In this document: piece by piece, positions 47,405-57,436 of the stretch | Layout: each line of letters begins with the position of its first letter | How positions within the stretch are numbered: the stretch's first letter is position 1 | From: a virus | Reading direction: 5' to 3' (one strand) | DNA: 64,000 bases | IMG/VR virus record: IMGVR_UViG_3300028844_003294 | Span: 8,153-72,152 of that record | The notes under the pieces: generated by a model | The model's input: only the letters and a program-made list of their open reading frames with translations | What the model was told of the DNA's origin: nothing | Database searches by the model: none | Made by a program: the position numbers and the translations under genes

Positions 47405-49763
47405 AATTGTAAAAAATGTTTTGGATTTTGGCGTAATTATTGCAATAGGTATTGTACTTACATCTTGTGCTAGTGGAGGAGGTAGTGCCGGTGTTGCCAT
47501 TGAACCTTCTTACACACCACCCCCAACAACAACCACTACCCCAGATGATAAAAGACATCAGTTTGAATCATTTTCTGATACATTTACACAATCAGCAAGT
47601 TCACTAGGTTACAACAAAGTAACTTATCAAGTAGGTGAGTTTAACGATACACAATGGGTAAATGGAAAATATACTGTAGAAGATTTTTCATTTTTACAAG
47701 TTGTTATAGATGGTAATCATCCTGGTAAAGATTTAAACAATCCTGACAGTGATGAGTATTCTGCAGGTGGTAATTGGATGACCAATGCCAGTTTAGTCAT
47801 TGAAAATGATGTCAATCTAGATGGTAATAGTGACTTTATTATTTACATGCAAACATTTGGTGACAGGAACACATTACCAGGTATGAGAATGTTGCAATTT
47901 GTAAATGATGGCAATGGACATTTTCAATTAGATTGTAGTGTTTTTGAAAACAATGTTTGTCCTATTGTGTTTGGCCAAGGTTCTACTATGAACAATATGG
48001 GTTGGTACCACAATGAAGATGCTCCTGTACAAGATTATAACTCAGGTGTTGCTCATCAATATGATTTGAATGGTGATGGTAACAAAGACATTTTTAATGT
48101 CAGTCAGTTATGGCTAACAGACAATGGTAAATTTGTTGATGCACACGATAACCTACCTGACTTTATGTTTGAAAACCTAAATGCCGACGGTGTTGATGTT
48201 GGTATTTTTGTTCATGACCATGCAGTAGGTGATTTAAATGGTGACGGTTACAATGATATATTCATGCCTAACACTACACCTATAAGCACACACAACAACG
48301 GCTACAAGTTTTTTATGCTAAACGATGGCACAGGTAACTTTAAAGATGTTAGTTTTAAAGTAGGGCATTCAGCCTACTTTGCTACATCTACAACTATTGC
48401 AGATTTTGACAACGATGGATTTGGTGATATTGCATTAGGTTGGAGTGCTTCTGCTTATAGAGACTTAGGCGGTAATAGTGTTGGTGGGATATATTGGGGC
48501 AATACTGATATGGATTACACCAGAGACTATACAGCATTACCTCCGGGTTATTATGAGAATAATATTGCATATGATATGCAAGTGATAGACTCAAATAATG
48601 ACGGACTGTTAGACATTGTTATTGCTAACACAAATGCTGACCCTTATTATCAAGGTCATGTTTTACAATTGATAATCAATAATGGAAACAGAGATTTTAG
48701 TCAATTTTCATTTTTGGACGACGGTGCTACTACAAGTGATTTAGGTGCAGGACATATTTATGTTTTAGATTTCGACCATGATGGAGATATGGATATTTTT
48801 GTAGGTCCTGGACAAGACTCTTATGTACTTTACAATAACGATGGCGACTGGAGTTGTAAAAATTGTGAATTTGCCAGACCTGATAATGGTGCAGTAATGA
48901 GTTTGTTATTTCCTGTAGAAGTTGATGGCATGTATGAGTACGACTTTATTGGCATTGATATTATGAACATGAGTGATACACAGACTGTGAGTAACTTTTA
49001 CATTAGTTTAGATCCTCCAGCACAATTACAAGAAATGCGTAATGAACTGTTTGACAAATCCATCGATTATGCCAAGGCAGTTTTTAATAACAAAACTATG
49101 TTTCATAATATTAAAAATACTTCATTGTCAAATAGTGTATTTTATGTAGACAATACACATAATAGTATTGCAGGTTATTCACATAACTTTGACAACTTTG
49201 GTATTACACTTGGTCAAACCAATGAAGGCGGATTGTTTTATGTAGATAGACAGCACGGTACATACCATTATGGTATTGGTTACTTTACTAACAGCATTGA
49301 TGCACTCAGTTTTGGTAATTGGTATGGCACTGGTTCTGCTGTATTAGATTTTGACACATTTAATGCGTATGCAGAAAAGTTTTTACCTTTGTCAACAAAT
49401 ATATTTGTAACTTCAGGTGTAGCATTATATCAGACAGACGTAGCAGGTTTTGTAGAAGAAAATAGTCAATACAATATTACTGTACAAGATTTTACCATGA
49501 ATGATTTAGAGATGTACACAGACATTACTGCTGTTTTACCTTCTCAATACGGTACTACTTTGCTTAGTGCAGGAGTAAGTTCTCATTACAGTTTAGGTAC
49601 AACTGACATTACTTGGGATGGTGGCTTGGTATCTAAATTCAAGCAAGACGATCAAGTTGCTAGAGCAACAATCAGTCATACTTATAAAATGTTTTATGCT
49701 AAAGCAACGTTTAGCTCTGTGGATAGCGATACATTTGAAGTAGGATTTAACTTACAGTTTTAA
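47394..49763 (+). CDS. Lipoprotein with FG-GAP/VCBS repeats and an autotransporter-like beta-barrel C-terminus
   Basis: Signal peptide with lipobox LTSC; Pro/Thr linker; repeated DLNGDG..DI motifs; amphipathic C-terminus ending FEVGFNLQF. Confidence 0.75.
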   Translation: MLNKIVKNVLDFGVIIAIGIVLTSCASGGGSAGVAIEPSYTPPPTTTTTPDDKRHQFESFSDTFTQSASSLGYNKVTYQVGEFNDTQWVNGKYTVEDFSFLQVVIDGNHPGKDLNNPDSDEYSAGGNWMTNASLVIENDVNLDGNSDFIIYMQTFGDRNTLPGMRMLQFVNDGNGHFQLDCSVFENNVCPIVFGQGSTMNNMGWYHNEDAPVQDYNSGVAHQYDLNGDGNKDIFNVSQLWLTDNGKFVDAHDNLPDFMFENLNADGVDVGIFVHDHAVGDLNGDGYNDIFMPNTTPISTHNNGYKFFMLNDGTGNFKDVSFKVGHSAYFATSTTIADFDNDGFGDIALGWSASAYRDLGGNSVGGIYWGNTDMDYTRDYTALPPGYYENNIAYDMQVIDSNNDGLLDIVIANTNADPYYQGHVLQLIINNGNRDFSQFSFLDDGATTSDLGAGHIYVLDFDHDGDMDIFVGPGQDSYVLYNNDGDWSCKNCEFARPDNGAVMSLLFPVEVDGMYEYDFIGIDIMNMSDTQTVSNFYISLDPPAQLQEMRNELFDKSIDYAKAVFNNKTMFHNIKNTSLSNSVFYVDNTHNSIAGYSHNFDNFGITLGQTNEGGLFYVDRQHGTYHYGIGYFTNSIDALSFGNWYGTGSAVLDFDTFNAYAEKFLPLSTNIFVTSGVALYQTDVAGFVEENSQYNITVQDFTMNDLEMYTDITAVLPSQYGTTLLSAGVSSHYSLGTTDITWDGGLVSKFKQDDQVARATISHTYKMFYAKATFSSVDSDTFEVGFNLQF

Positions 49764-49998
49764 CCCATCCAATCACCGCTTTTATCACCACTCTTGGCTT
49801 TGTTATATTTGTTAAGGGTGGTTATAAGAGTATCTCGTTCAACAGGACTGAGGTGCCATGCTTCTGAATAAGACACGGCGCCTTCACTGTATATAGCCAG
49901 CTCTGCTACTGTTTTGATAATCTTCTTCTGTTCTGCGTCGAGTTGACCTAAGTAGCCTGTAATTGCCTCAGGCTCTGCTGTGCCTAGGAACCCGTGAA
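49760..49998 (-). CDS. gp51-like ORF lacking a start codon; probable -1 frameshift extension of the upstream gene
   Basis: Open frame HGFLGTAEPEAITGYLGQLDAEQKKIIKTVAELAIYSEGAVSYSEAWHLSPVERDTLITTLNKYNKAKSGDKSGDWMG*, entered from A AAT TTT TTC. Confidence 0.7.
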
Positions 49999-50850
49999 AA
50001 AATTTACAGGATCAAAGTTGATGGGTGCCATAAACTCTTCTCCACATTCTTCGTTGCTACATGTAACGGCAATATCTTGTTTAACACCTTTGGTGTTTAT
50101 GCCATTTACTAGTTCTTCGATTTCTTTACCAGTACGATTATCTGTGTTTTCTAAAAACTCTCTGATAGTTGCTTTGTCTTTAACACTAACATTTTCACCA
50201 TCTTCGTTTGCATACGTTATTGATGATATGCTTTCAATTAAAAGTTCAAAATTAAGATCTGCAAGTGTTACAAAACTTTCGTTAAATGCTTTTAATCTTT
50301 CCATATCGTCTTTCATTTCTGAAATACTTTGCATACTTCTTGTACTTTGGAAACTGGCAACACCAGCCTTAATAGTACTACTATAGTCAAACGGTAATGC
50401 TTTTATTTGCAATCCATTTGATAATGTAATAGAATATTCTTCGTTGAGTTCTTCCATTGTGAGTAAAGATTGTTCAACACTAACTGTAAGATCAGTTGTG
50501 GTCTCACATTTAGGGCATTTAGCCGCAACATCTACGTCATCTCCGGAACTTGCTCCTCTGATAGCAATTAGTAATGCGTCTACGTCAGCACTATAAAGTT
50601 TTTTAGGTTTCTTTATTTGCGGTACGCAACTTTTTATTAAACTAGATACTGCTTCACCATTTAAAAGTGCATCAGGGTTTTTCAGCAATAATTCATCCTT
50701 TGTTGTCATAGGGTAAATTGCCAATTCCTCGTTTACAGCATCTGCATCGATTATTCCTTCATCATAAAACTGACCACCACTTGGTAATTTTGTGTATAAT
50801 TTAGGTGCCCTAAAATAGGCACTTAAAGGATTCTGTGTATTTTTGCTCAT
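49984..50850 (-). CDS. Baseplate hub assembly chaperone (T4 gp26-like)
   Basis: KLPSGG.FY...YPMTTKDELLLKNPDALLNG; CPKC and CSNEEC zinc sites; ends in NFF; AGGAG RBS. Confidence 0.8.
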   Translation of the reverse strand: MSKNTQNPLSAYFRAPKLYTKLPSGGQFYDEGIIDADAVNEELAIYPMTTKDELLLKNPDALLNGEAVSSLIKSCVPQIKKPKKLYSADVDALLIAIRGASSGDDVDVAAKCPKCETTTDLTVSVEQSLLTMEELNEEYSITLSNGLQIKALPFDYSSTIKAGVASFQSTRSMQSISEMKDDMERLKAFNESFVTLADLNFELLIESISSITYANEDGENVSVKDKATIREFLENTDNRTGKEIEELVNGINTKGVKQDIAVTCSNEECGEEFMAPINFDPVNFFTGS

Positions 50851-50873
50851 TAAAACTCCTGTTTATATTTTAT

Positions 50874-50950
50874 GATAAATACAATTAAATTAGTTATATC
50901 ATTTATGATTTAACAGTTTACTTATTTATCTGAGTTAAAACTAGTTATAA
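50874..50950. promoter_or_regulatory. Face-to-face late promoters for the gp26-like and tape measure genes, plus palindrome
   Basis: GATAAATA on plus at 50874-50881 and on minus at 50923-50930; TTAAAACTAGTTATAA at 50935-50950. Confidence 0.6.
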
Positions 50951-50968
50951 AGGATTTTTCGAACTGAA

Positions 50969-53900
50969 ATGATTGAATTTCAAATAGACGGACAAAATTA
51001 TCGCTTTCCAGATTGGGTAACAGAGACCACTGGCTTGCAAATGAGAGATTTGCTTAAAGAATTAGCAAAGAGAGCCGGCGCCTCCGATTCACACTTAACT
51101 AGATTGATAAAAGCACATGAAGAAGCAGTTGAAGAATTAAAAGATCAAAGTAAAGACGGTAAGAAAACTGATGATGACCAAAAGAAACGTGACGAAAAAT
51201 TAGTAAGAAAAATTGACGACATGGTTGACGGACTCGACGATGTTAGAGCCGCAACAGAAAAAATAGAACTAGAAGTACCTAAATCTTTCAGAGATAAATT
51301 AGCAGACAGTTTAGAAGCAGACGGAGAAGTAATTCTCGGCTCTCTTGGCGGCGTAGCAGAAAAACTTGTTAAAGTAGGCGGAGTAATGGGCGGTGCCTTA
51401 TTGGGTGGCGCAGGTTATGTCGGTAGCAAACTAATGGAAGCCGGTGATACTGTAAACGGTTTAGTTAAAAACGGTATAGGTTTTAATCAAACGTTTGCCA
51501 GTGTAGGTGGAACAGCCACAACTGCTACAGCACAACTGGGTGCATTAGGCTTAGGTTTTTCCGAAGCCGCTGAGTTGATGAAAAGAAATTCTAATGTAAT
51601 TGCTACTCAAGGATTTAAACGTTTCGATGCAACAATGAAATTTGCCGCTGATACTTCAGAAGAACTAGGTATGAGTTTTTCAGACAGCATAGAAACATTT
51701 GCTGAAGCATTATCAACACGTCAACGTTTCTTAGATCTAGGTGGGGTAAATCAAACTAGATTAAACTCTCAAATTGCAAAAACAACCAAAATACAAACGG
51801 TATATGCTACAGCACTTGGTGAAAGTGTAGATAAGATACAGCAGTTTGTTGATGATTTATTATATAATAACGGCACACTAACAGCATCTATACTGAGATT
51901 TAGTAACACAGTAAGAAGTGATTTAGTTGCTGGCCTAGAAGTATTTGCTGGTGGCCTTAGAGCAATGGGCGGTAAGTCCGGTGAAAATATTGCAGATGCA
52001 TTCGTCGAAGCAGGTGCCAAGGGTGCTATAGGTTTAAGTGATGCGGCTATAGGACTAGTAACAGCATTACCTAATCTTGCTGGTCCAATGAACGAATTTA
52101 TTAGTGGTGTCCAAAATGGTACATTAAGCCAAGATCAAGCCAACGATATGGTACAAGGCCTGACAAGTAATTTAGGTAATTTAAGTAGTACAGAAAAAGA
52201 AAGAATTAGATTACTTGCTAGGGCAGGTGATGAGTCTGCACAAATGTTATCACAATCGATTGCACAGTTTGAACAATCTGAAAAGAAATTAGAAGAAATA
52301 AACAAACAATTAGGTGTTCCATTAAACATGGACCTTGTGCAAAAGGGCAGAAACGAATTTGCAAAAGTTTTAGCACAGGCAGGTGGAATGGTAGAAAGCA
52401 CATTCTTTACTTTGTTTGCTGAGCCGGAAGTAACAAAAGCACTAATGGATGGCGTTAAAGAAATAATGGGTGTGTTTGGAATTGCCACAGATGATATGTC
52501 TGGGTTAAGAGACAATGCAAAAGCATTTGCAGAGAACTTAGCCAAAAAAGCAATACCAATTATAAAATCAGTTGCCGCAAGTTTAAAAGAATTTGCAGAA
52601 TATTTAAGAGATACATTTCAAGAAGGTGGTATCAGCGGTGTAATTGGCGACTTAATGAGTAAAGCCGCAGGTGCAGTAGTTAAAGCATTATTCAAAGGTT
52701 TACTAATCTTTGGTACTATGTTGTTTGCGGCAAGTGCCGCCAAAGTTGCATTTATGACATACGTTATGCCATCAGTAAAAGACTTTGCAGTTAAAATGTT
52801 CCAAGGGTCTGCCGGTGCAGGCAAGTTTCTTTTTGATAAAGCAAAAGGCTGGATGGGCGGTTTGTTTGATCCAAAAAGTTCAGGCAGGTTGGCCAAATTT
52901 GCACAAAGCTCAGCAGGCTTTATCAAAGAAAAAGCATCTGGTTTTGCAGGCAGTGACACTGGAAAAAACATAGCAGGTAAATTAAGTAAGTTCCAAAAAG
53001 ACGGTGCTAAGATGACAGAAAATTTAAGTAAATCTGTTACAGGCGGCGGCAAGAGTGGCGGCTTCTTAAAGAGTATAGCAGATGGTGTATCTAAATTTGG
53101 TGGCACTAAAGTAATTAAAGGTGCGGCAAGTTTAGCATTGTTAGGTGCGGCAATAACACTAGCGGCAATAGGATTAAAAACATTTAATGAAGTAGATTTT
53201 ACTTCTATTATAAAAGGCACAATAGCAGTAGGTGGCTTAGCCATGTTGGCACAAACACTAGGCAAAGGCTCAACTGCAATGATAAAAGGTGCGGCGGCAG
53301 TTGCAATTTTAGGTGCATCAGTTATTCCATTAGCAGTTGGTCTTAACATAATGAAAGATGTTGGCATTGGCACTATTGGTGTATTAGCGGCAGGCTTAAT
53401 CACATTAGGTGTAGCGGCCGCGGCAATGGGTAGTTTCTTACCACTTATACTAATGGGTGCAGTAGCCATAGGTGCTTTGGGTGTAGCAATTATACCATTT
53501 GCATTAGCGGCAAACTTGTTAGGTGGTGCAATGGAATCTATTTCCGCAGGTTTACAAACAATCGCCGACTTACCAATTTTAGAAGTAGCAGGTTCGTTAT
53601 TAGTACTGGGTGCAACATTTACTATGATGTTACCATTTATTCCTGGCTTATTGCTTACTGGCGTAGCATTAGGACTTATGGGTATTGCTTTAGTACCATT
53701 TGCCATAGGTGCGGCATTGGCCGCAAAAGCATCTCAAGGATTACCAGAATTGTTTGAAGCATTATCTCAAGTAAATTGGTTAAATCTTTTAATGGCCGCT
53801 CCAGCATTATTAAGTTTAGCGGCAGGTATGATGGCATTAAGTGCCGGTGGTTTAGTAAGTGGGTTACTAGATGGTTTAGGTAAACTGTTTGGCAGTGAAT

Positions 53901-54625
53901 CACCATTTGACAAATTAGCAACACTTTCTCAAAATGCAAAACACATTGTTGAAATGTCCAAAGAAATGCGTAATATGAGTTCTACAATGGGACAATTTGA
54001 AAGTGCATTAGAGGCCATAGATGCAAATAAAATAAACGACAAGTTTGTGGTTATTGCAGATGGTATCTATGTAATGGTTAAAGCATTAGAATCATTAGGC
54101 ATGGGTTCAATGGCAAAACTTGTATTGTTAAAATCAATGGGAGTAATGCCACAAGCACAAGCACCAGCAAAACAGAAAAGTCCAGCACCGATTGGATTTG
54201 GTATGAATAACGAAGAAGATCCATTTGCTGATATGCAAGGTGCAAAACAAATTAGGAAAGAAGGTGGCGTAGTTACAATGCGTGACGGCAAGCCAGTTGA
54301 ACTTTCTCCAGAGCAACAACAAAGAGTACAAGCCGCAAGAAATATTAAACAAATAATGTCTGGTTCTGCAAAGATGCCAGACAGACAAAGCCAATCAGTT
54401 GATCCTAAAGCAGTTCCTGTAACAGGACAACGTGAACTTATTGGACCAGAAATACCAAGTGCAACAGGACCAACACAAACTAATGCTGATATGGTAGGTC
54501 CTAAAAAACCAGACGCACCACAAGATATGTCACAACATTACTTAGAACAAATGGTTGCGTTACAACACGAACAAATTAAACTTCTCAAGAAACAAGTTAA
54601 AGCAACTGGTGAAATAGACATCTAA
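50969..54625 (+). CDS. Tape measure protein
   Basis: 1218 aa, helical and Ala/Gly/Leu-rich, with a long hydrophobic repeat region; adjacent to the hub chaperone. Confidence 0.75.
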   Translation: MIEFQIDGQNYRFPDWVTETTGLQMRDLLKELAKRAGASDSHLTRLIKAHEEAVEELKDQSKDGKKTDDDQKKRDEKLVRKIDDMVDGLDDVRAATEKIELEVPKSFRDKLADSLEADGEVILGSLGGVAEKLVKVGGVMGGALLGGAGYVGSKLMEAGDTVNGLVKNGIGFNQTFASVGGTATTATAQLGALGLGFSEAAELMKRNSNVIATQGFKRFDATMKFAADTSEELGMSFSDSIETFAEALSTRQRFLDLGGVNQTRLNSQIAKTTKIQTVYATALGESVDKIQQFVDDLLYNNGTLTASILRFSNTVRSDLVAGLEVFAGGLRAMGGKSGENIADAFVEAGAKGAIGLSDAAIGLVTALPNLAGPMNEFISGVQNGTLSQDQANDMVQGLTSNLGNLSSTEKERIRLLARAGDESAQMLSQSIAQFEQSEKKLEEINKQLGVPLNMDLVQKGRNEFAKVLAQAGGMVESTFFTLFAEPEVTKALMDGVKEIMGVFGIATDDMSGLRDNAKAFAENLAKKAIPIIKSVAASLKEFAEYLRDTFQEGGISGVIGDLMSKAAGAVVKALFKGLLIFGTMLFAASAAKVAFMTYVMPSVKDFAVKMFQGSAGAGKFLFDKAKGWMGGLFDPKSSGRLAKFAQSSAGFIKEKASGFAGSDTGKNIAGKLSKFQKDGAKMTENLSKSVTGGGKSGGFLKSIADGVSKFGGTKVIKGAASLALLGAAITLAAIGLKTFNEVDFTSIIKGTIAVGGLAMLAQTLGKGSTAMIKGAAAVAILGASVIPLAVGLNIMKDVGIGTIGVLAAGLITLGVAAAAMGSFLPLILMGAVAIGALGVAIIPFALAANLLGGAMESISAGLQTIADLPILEVAGSLLVLGATFTMMLPFIPGLLLTGVALGLMGIALVPFAIGAALAAKASQGLPELFEALSQVNWLNLLMAAPALLSLAAGMMALSAGGLVSGLLDGLGKLFGSESPFDKLATLSQNAKHIVEMSKEMRNMSSTMGQFESALEAIDANKINDKFVVIADGIYVMVKALESLGMGSMAKLVLLKSMGVMPQAQAPAKQKSPAPIGFGMNNEEDPFADMQGAKQIRKEGGVVTMRDGKPVELSPEQQQRVQAARNIKQIMSGSAKMPDRQSQSVDPKAVPVTGQRELIGPEIPSATGPTQTNADMVGPKKPDAPQDMSQHYLEQMVALQHEQIKLLKKQVKATGEIDI

Positions 54626-54655
54626 TCAAAAAAAATTCCATATTTTCCAAAAAGT

Positions 54656-54663
54656 GATAAATA
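54656..54663 (+). promoter_or_regulatory. Late promoter motif GATAAATA
   Basis: Upstream of the portal gene; AAGGA RBS follows. Confidence 0.7.
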
Positions 54664-54684
54664 TATGCAAGACAAAGGAAACTT

Positions 54685-56379
54685 ATGGCAACTTGGCGAA
54701 AATATTTTAACAGTTCAAACAGCGGACTACCTAGCAATGTATCAGACTCTAGTTCTAGTACAGGACAATTTGGTGCCGCACGTTTTAGCAGTTGGTTACC
54801 CGAAGTATATGCAGGAAGTCCTAATAGACTTATGCGTTATATTCAGTACGATCAAATGGACAATGATCTAGAGATCAATGCGGCATTAGATATACTAGCA
54901 GAATTTTCTACACAAGACGATGAATATACTGAACAACCTTTTGTGCTAAAATTCAAAGAAGATCCTAGTGAAACTGAGATGAGTATTCTTAGTAAAACAT
55001 TAGAGCAATGGCATAAACTTAATGACTTTAGACGTAGATCATTTAAAATGTTCCGTAGTACTATTAAGTATGGTGATCAATTCTTTATCAGAGACCCAGA
55101 AACATATAAACTATTTTGGGTAGATCCTGCTAACGTAGAGAAAGTAGTTGTAAATGAGAGTGAAGGTAAGAAAATTGAAACTTACTTTATTAAAAACTTA
55201 GATGCAAACTTTGAACAGTTAGCCGCAACTAATACTGCACCAATACATGCAAGACCATATGGTAGTGGACAAGGTTTAACAGGCATGTACGCACCAGTTG
55301 GACCTAGTGTTACTAATTATGGAACACAAACAGGTGATGCAGGAGCCACATACGGTACACCAGTAGATGCACAACATGTGGTACATGTTAGTTTAACAGA
55401 AGGTATGGATCACAACTGGCCTTTTGGTATCAGCATACTAGAACCAGTATTTAAAGTTTTCAAACAAAAAGAATTATTAGAAGACTCTATACTAATATAT
55501 AGGGTCCACAGAGCACCTGAAAGACGTGTGTTCTTTATTGATGTAGGTAATATGCCACCACACAAAGCACAACAGTACTTAGAACGTGTTAAGTATGAAG
55601 TGCAACAAAAACGTGTACCTAACAAAAACAAAGATGGTGGTAACGTAGCCGATGCGGCATACAATCCAATGAGCATGTTGGAAGATTACTTCTTTGCTCA
55701 AACGGCAGATGGTAGAGGTTCAAAAGTTGACACACTACCAGGTGGTGATAACTTAGGTCAAATAGATGACTTAAGATACTTTAACAACAAACTGCTTAGA
55801 GGTTTAAGAGTACCAAGTTCATACTTACCAACTGGACCAGACGATGGATCAGCACAAGTAAATGACGGTAAAGTGGGTGTAGCATACATTCAAGAGCATC
55901 AGTTTGCAAAATATTGTGAAAGGTTACAAAAACAAATTATTAGAAACTTAGACAGAGAGTTTAAAATGTTCTTAAACTACAAAGGCATTGAGATAGATAA
56001 TTCAACATTTAATATTGAGTTTACTAAACCTCAAAACTTTAGCAGTTACAGAGAATTAGATATGGATACTCAACGAGCTCAACTGTTTACAAGTTTAGAA
56101 GCAGTACCTTACTTGTCTCAACAGTTTAAACTTAAGAAGTACTTAGGCTTAAACGAAGAAGAAATGAAAGACAATGAATACTACTGGAAAATGGAAAATC
56201 AAGTTGATACACAAGATGAACAACAAGTTGATTTACGAAACGTTGGTGTAAGACCCGGACCTAGTGCTCCACTAGATTTAGATGCACCAATTGACGATTT
56301 ACCAATGCCAGAAGATGAAGTTGAAACTCCAGACGTAGATATTGCTAATCCTGGTATTGATGCCAGCGAACAAATATAG
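54685..56379 (+). CDS. gp20: Portal protein (T4 gp20-like)
   Basis: LLEDSILIYRVHRAPERRVFFIDVGNMP..KA.QY; SMLEDYFF...GRGSKVDTLPGG.NLGQIDD..YF..KL.RGLRVP.S. Confidence 0.96.
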   Translation: MATWRKYFNSSNSGLPSNVSDSSSSTGQFGAARFSSWLPEVYAGSPNRLMRYIQYDQMDNDLEINAALDILAEFSTQDDEYTEQPFVLKFKEDPSETEMSILSKTLEQWHKLNDFRRRSFKMFRSTIKYGDQFFIRDPETYKLFWVDPANVEKVVVNESEGKKIETYFIKNLDANFEQLAATNTAPIHARPYGSGQGLTGMYAPVGPSVTNYGTQTGDAGATYGTPVDAQHVVHVSLTEGMDHNWPFGISILEPVFKVFKQKELLEDSILIYRVHRAPERRVFFIDVGNMPPHKAQQYLERVKYEVQQKRVPNKNKDGGNVADAAYNPMSMLEDYFFAQTADGRGSKVDTLPGGDNLGQIDDLRYFNNKLLRGLRVPSSYLPTGPDDGSAQVNDGKVGVAYIQEHQFAKYCERLQKQIIRNLDREFKMFLNYKGIEIDNSTFNIEFTKPQNFSSYRELDMDTQRAQLFTSLEAVPYLSQQFKLKKYLGLNEEEMKDNEYYWKMENQVDTQDEQQVDLRNVGVRPGPSAPLDLDAPIDDLPMPEDEVETPDVDIANPGIDASEQI

Positions 56380-56387
56380 GAGTAAGC

Positions 56388-56594
56388 ATGAGATTAGATG
56401 AATTTTACAATCCGGAAAAAGATAGAAGTGCTAGTAGAAAGATTGATGATGTAAGAAAAACAAAACTTACATTAGAAACACTTAATAAGTTAAGAAAATA
56501 CAGAGAAATCAAAAAGTCCGAACAGATTGAACAGAAAAAATTTGCATCACTTATGTATGCAAAACAACCTCAAGGCGACGCAGGCGGTTTCTAA
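56388..56594 (+). CDS. Small basic protein following portal
   Basis: AGGAG RBS; RKTKLTL..LNKLRK...MY. Confidence 0.8.
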   Translation: MRLDEFYNPEKDRSASRKIDDVRKTKLTLETLNKLRKYREIKKSEQIEQKKFASLMYAKQPQGDAGGF

Positions 56595-57436
56595 TGTTGC
56601 TAGTAGTTTGCGGTTGCAGTTGGAGTTGCCGCGACCCCCAACATCCTAATATAGAGTTTGGTCAAAAAGTAGCAGATCATTTTAATTACGATTATTTAAA
56701 CATAGCAAAACCAGGTTGTAGCAACTTTGGTATTGCATTGCAAGTAGAATATGCAATACAAGAGTTAAATGCAGATGTAGTTATTATAAATGCTACAACA
56801 CCTACTAGAGGTGAGTTTAAACTCAAAAATTCTAAACGTTACAATCCTACAAAACATTATCATAACGTAGATTACGACCATAAACTAATAGAAAAATTCA
56901 CAGATAAACATGCTCCTGGATATGGCGATAAGTACGACCCAACAATACTCATAGATAGTTTTGGTAGCATACTTAATGAGAACTTAGATAGTGAATTAGA
57001 CGACTTGTATTTGTTGCCTAGATACAGTAAAGCATTCGATAAAAACAGTTATGATGCATTTAAAAAATGGTTTTTATACCTTTTTGACGCCGATTTAGAA
57101 AGGCATAAACAACAAATGATACTACAAAATTCCTTATATAAACTGCATTTAAAAGGCAAAAAATACTTATTTTCACCTAATACATTTGACTGGGCAGAGA
57201 GTTTTGATTTGAAAAATCCTAACATTTATTCGGAAGAAAGTTCTAGTTGGGACATTCCAAAAATCAACCTACAACCTAAAGGAATTGCAGATTACCTAGA
57301 AGTATGTGATGAAATATGGGGTAGTTGGGAAAACAGCAAAGGTCCAGAATATGATCATCACTTGCCAGAAGAAGCACACACTAGATATGCTGATACAGTA
57401 ATTAAACAGTTAAGTGAAGTTATTTTATCAGAGTAG
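56594..57436 (+). CDS. SGNH-like hydrolase
   Basis: VVCGCSWS, NIAKPGCSN, DHHLPEEAH; TAATG coupling to the upstream gene. Confidence 0.7.
   Translation: MLLVVCGCSWSCRDPQHPNIEFGQKVADHFNYDYLNIAKPGCSNFGIALQVEYAIQELNADVVIINATTPTRGEFKLKNSKRYNPTKHYHNVDYDHKLIEKFTDKHAPGYGDKYDPTILIDSFGSILNENLDSELDDLYLLPRYSKAFDKNSYDAFKKWFLYLFDADLERHKQQMILQNSLYKLHLKGKKYLFSPNTFDWAESFDLKNPNIYSEESSSWDIPKINLQPKGIADYLEVCDEIWGSWENSKGPEYDHHLPEEAHTRYADTVIKQLSEVILSE

Noticed and set aside
49948-49986. Amber readthrough or TAG recoding at the end of the gp26-like gene
   Set aside because: The zero frame meets another TAG after 11 codons, and other genes end normally at TAG with standard-code ORFs intact; the -1 frame explains the region better.
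52618-53706. 362-aa antisense ORF within the tape measure, and many similar antisense ORFs over 11129-34603 and 57788-60070
   Set aside because: Shadow frames produced by the codon bias of Ala/Gly/Thr/Glu-rich sense genes; no RBS, promoter or recognisable motifs.
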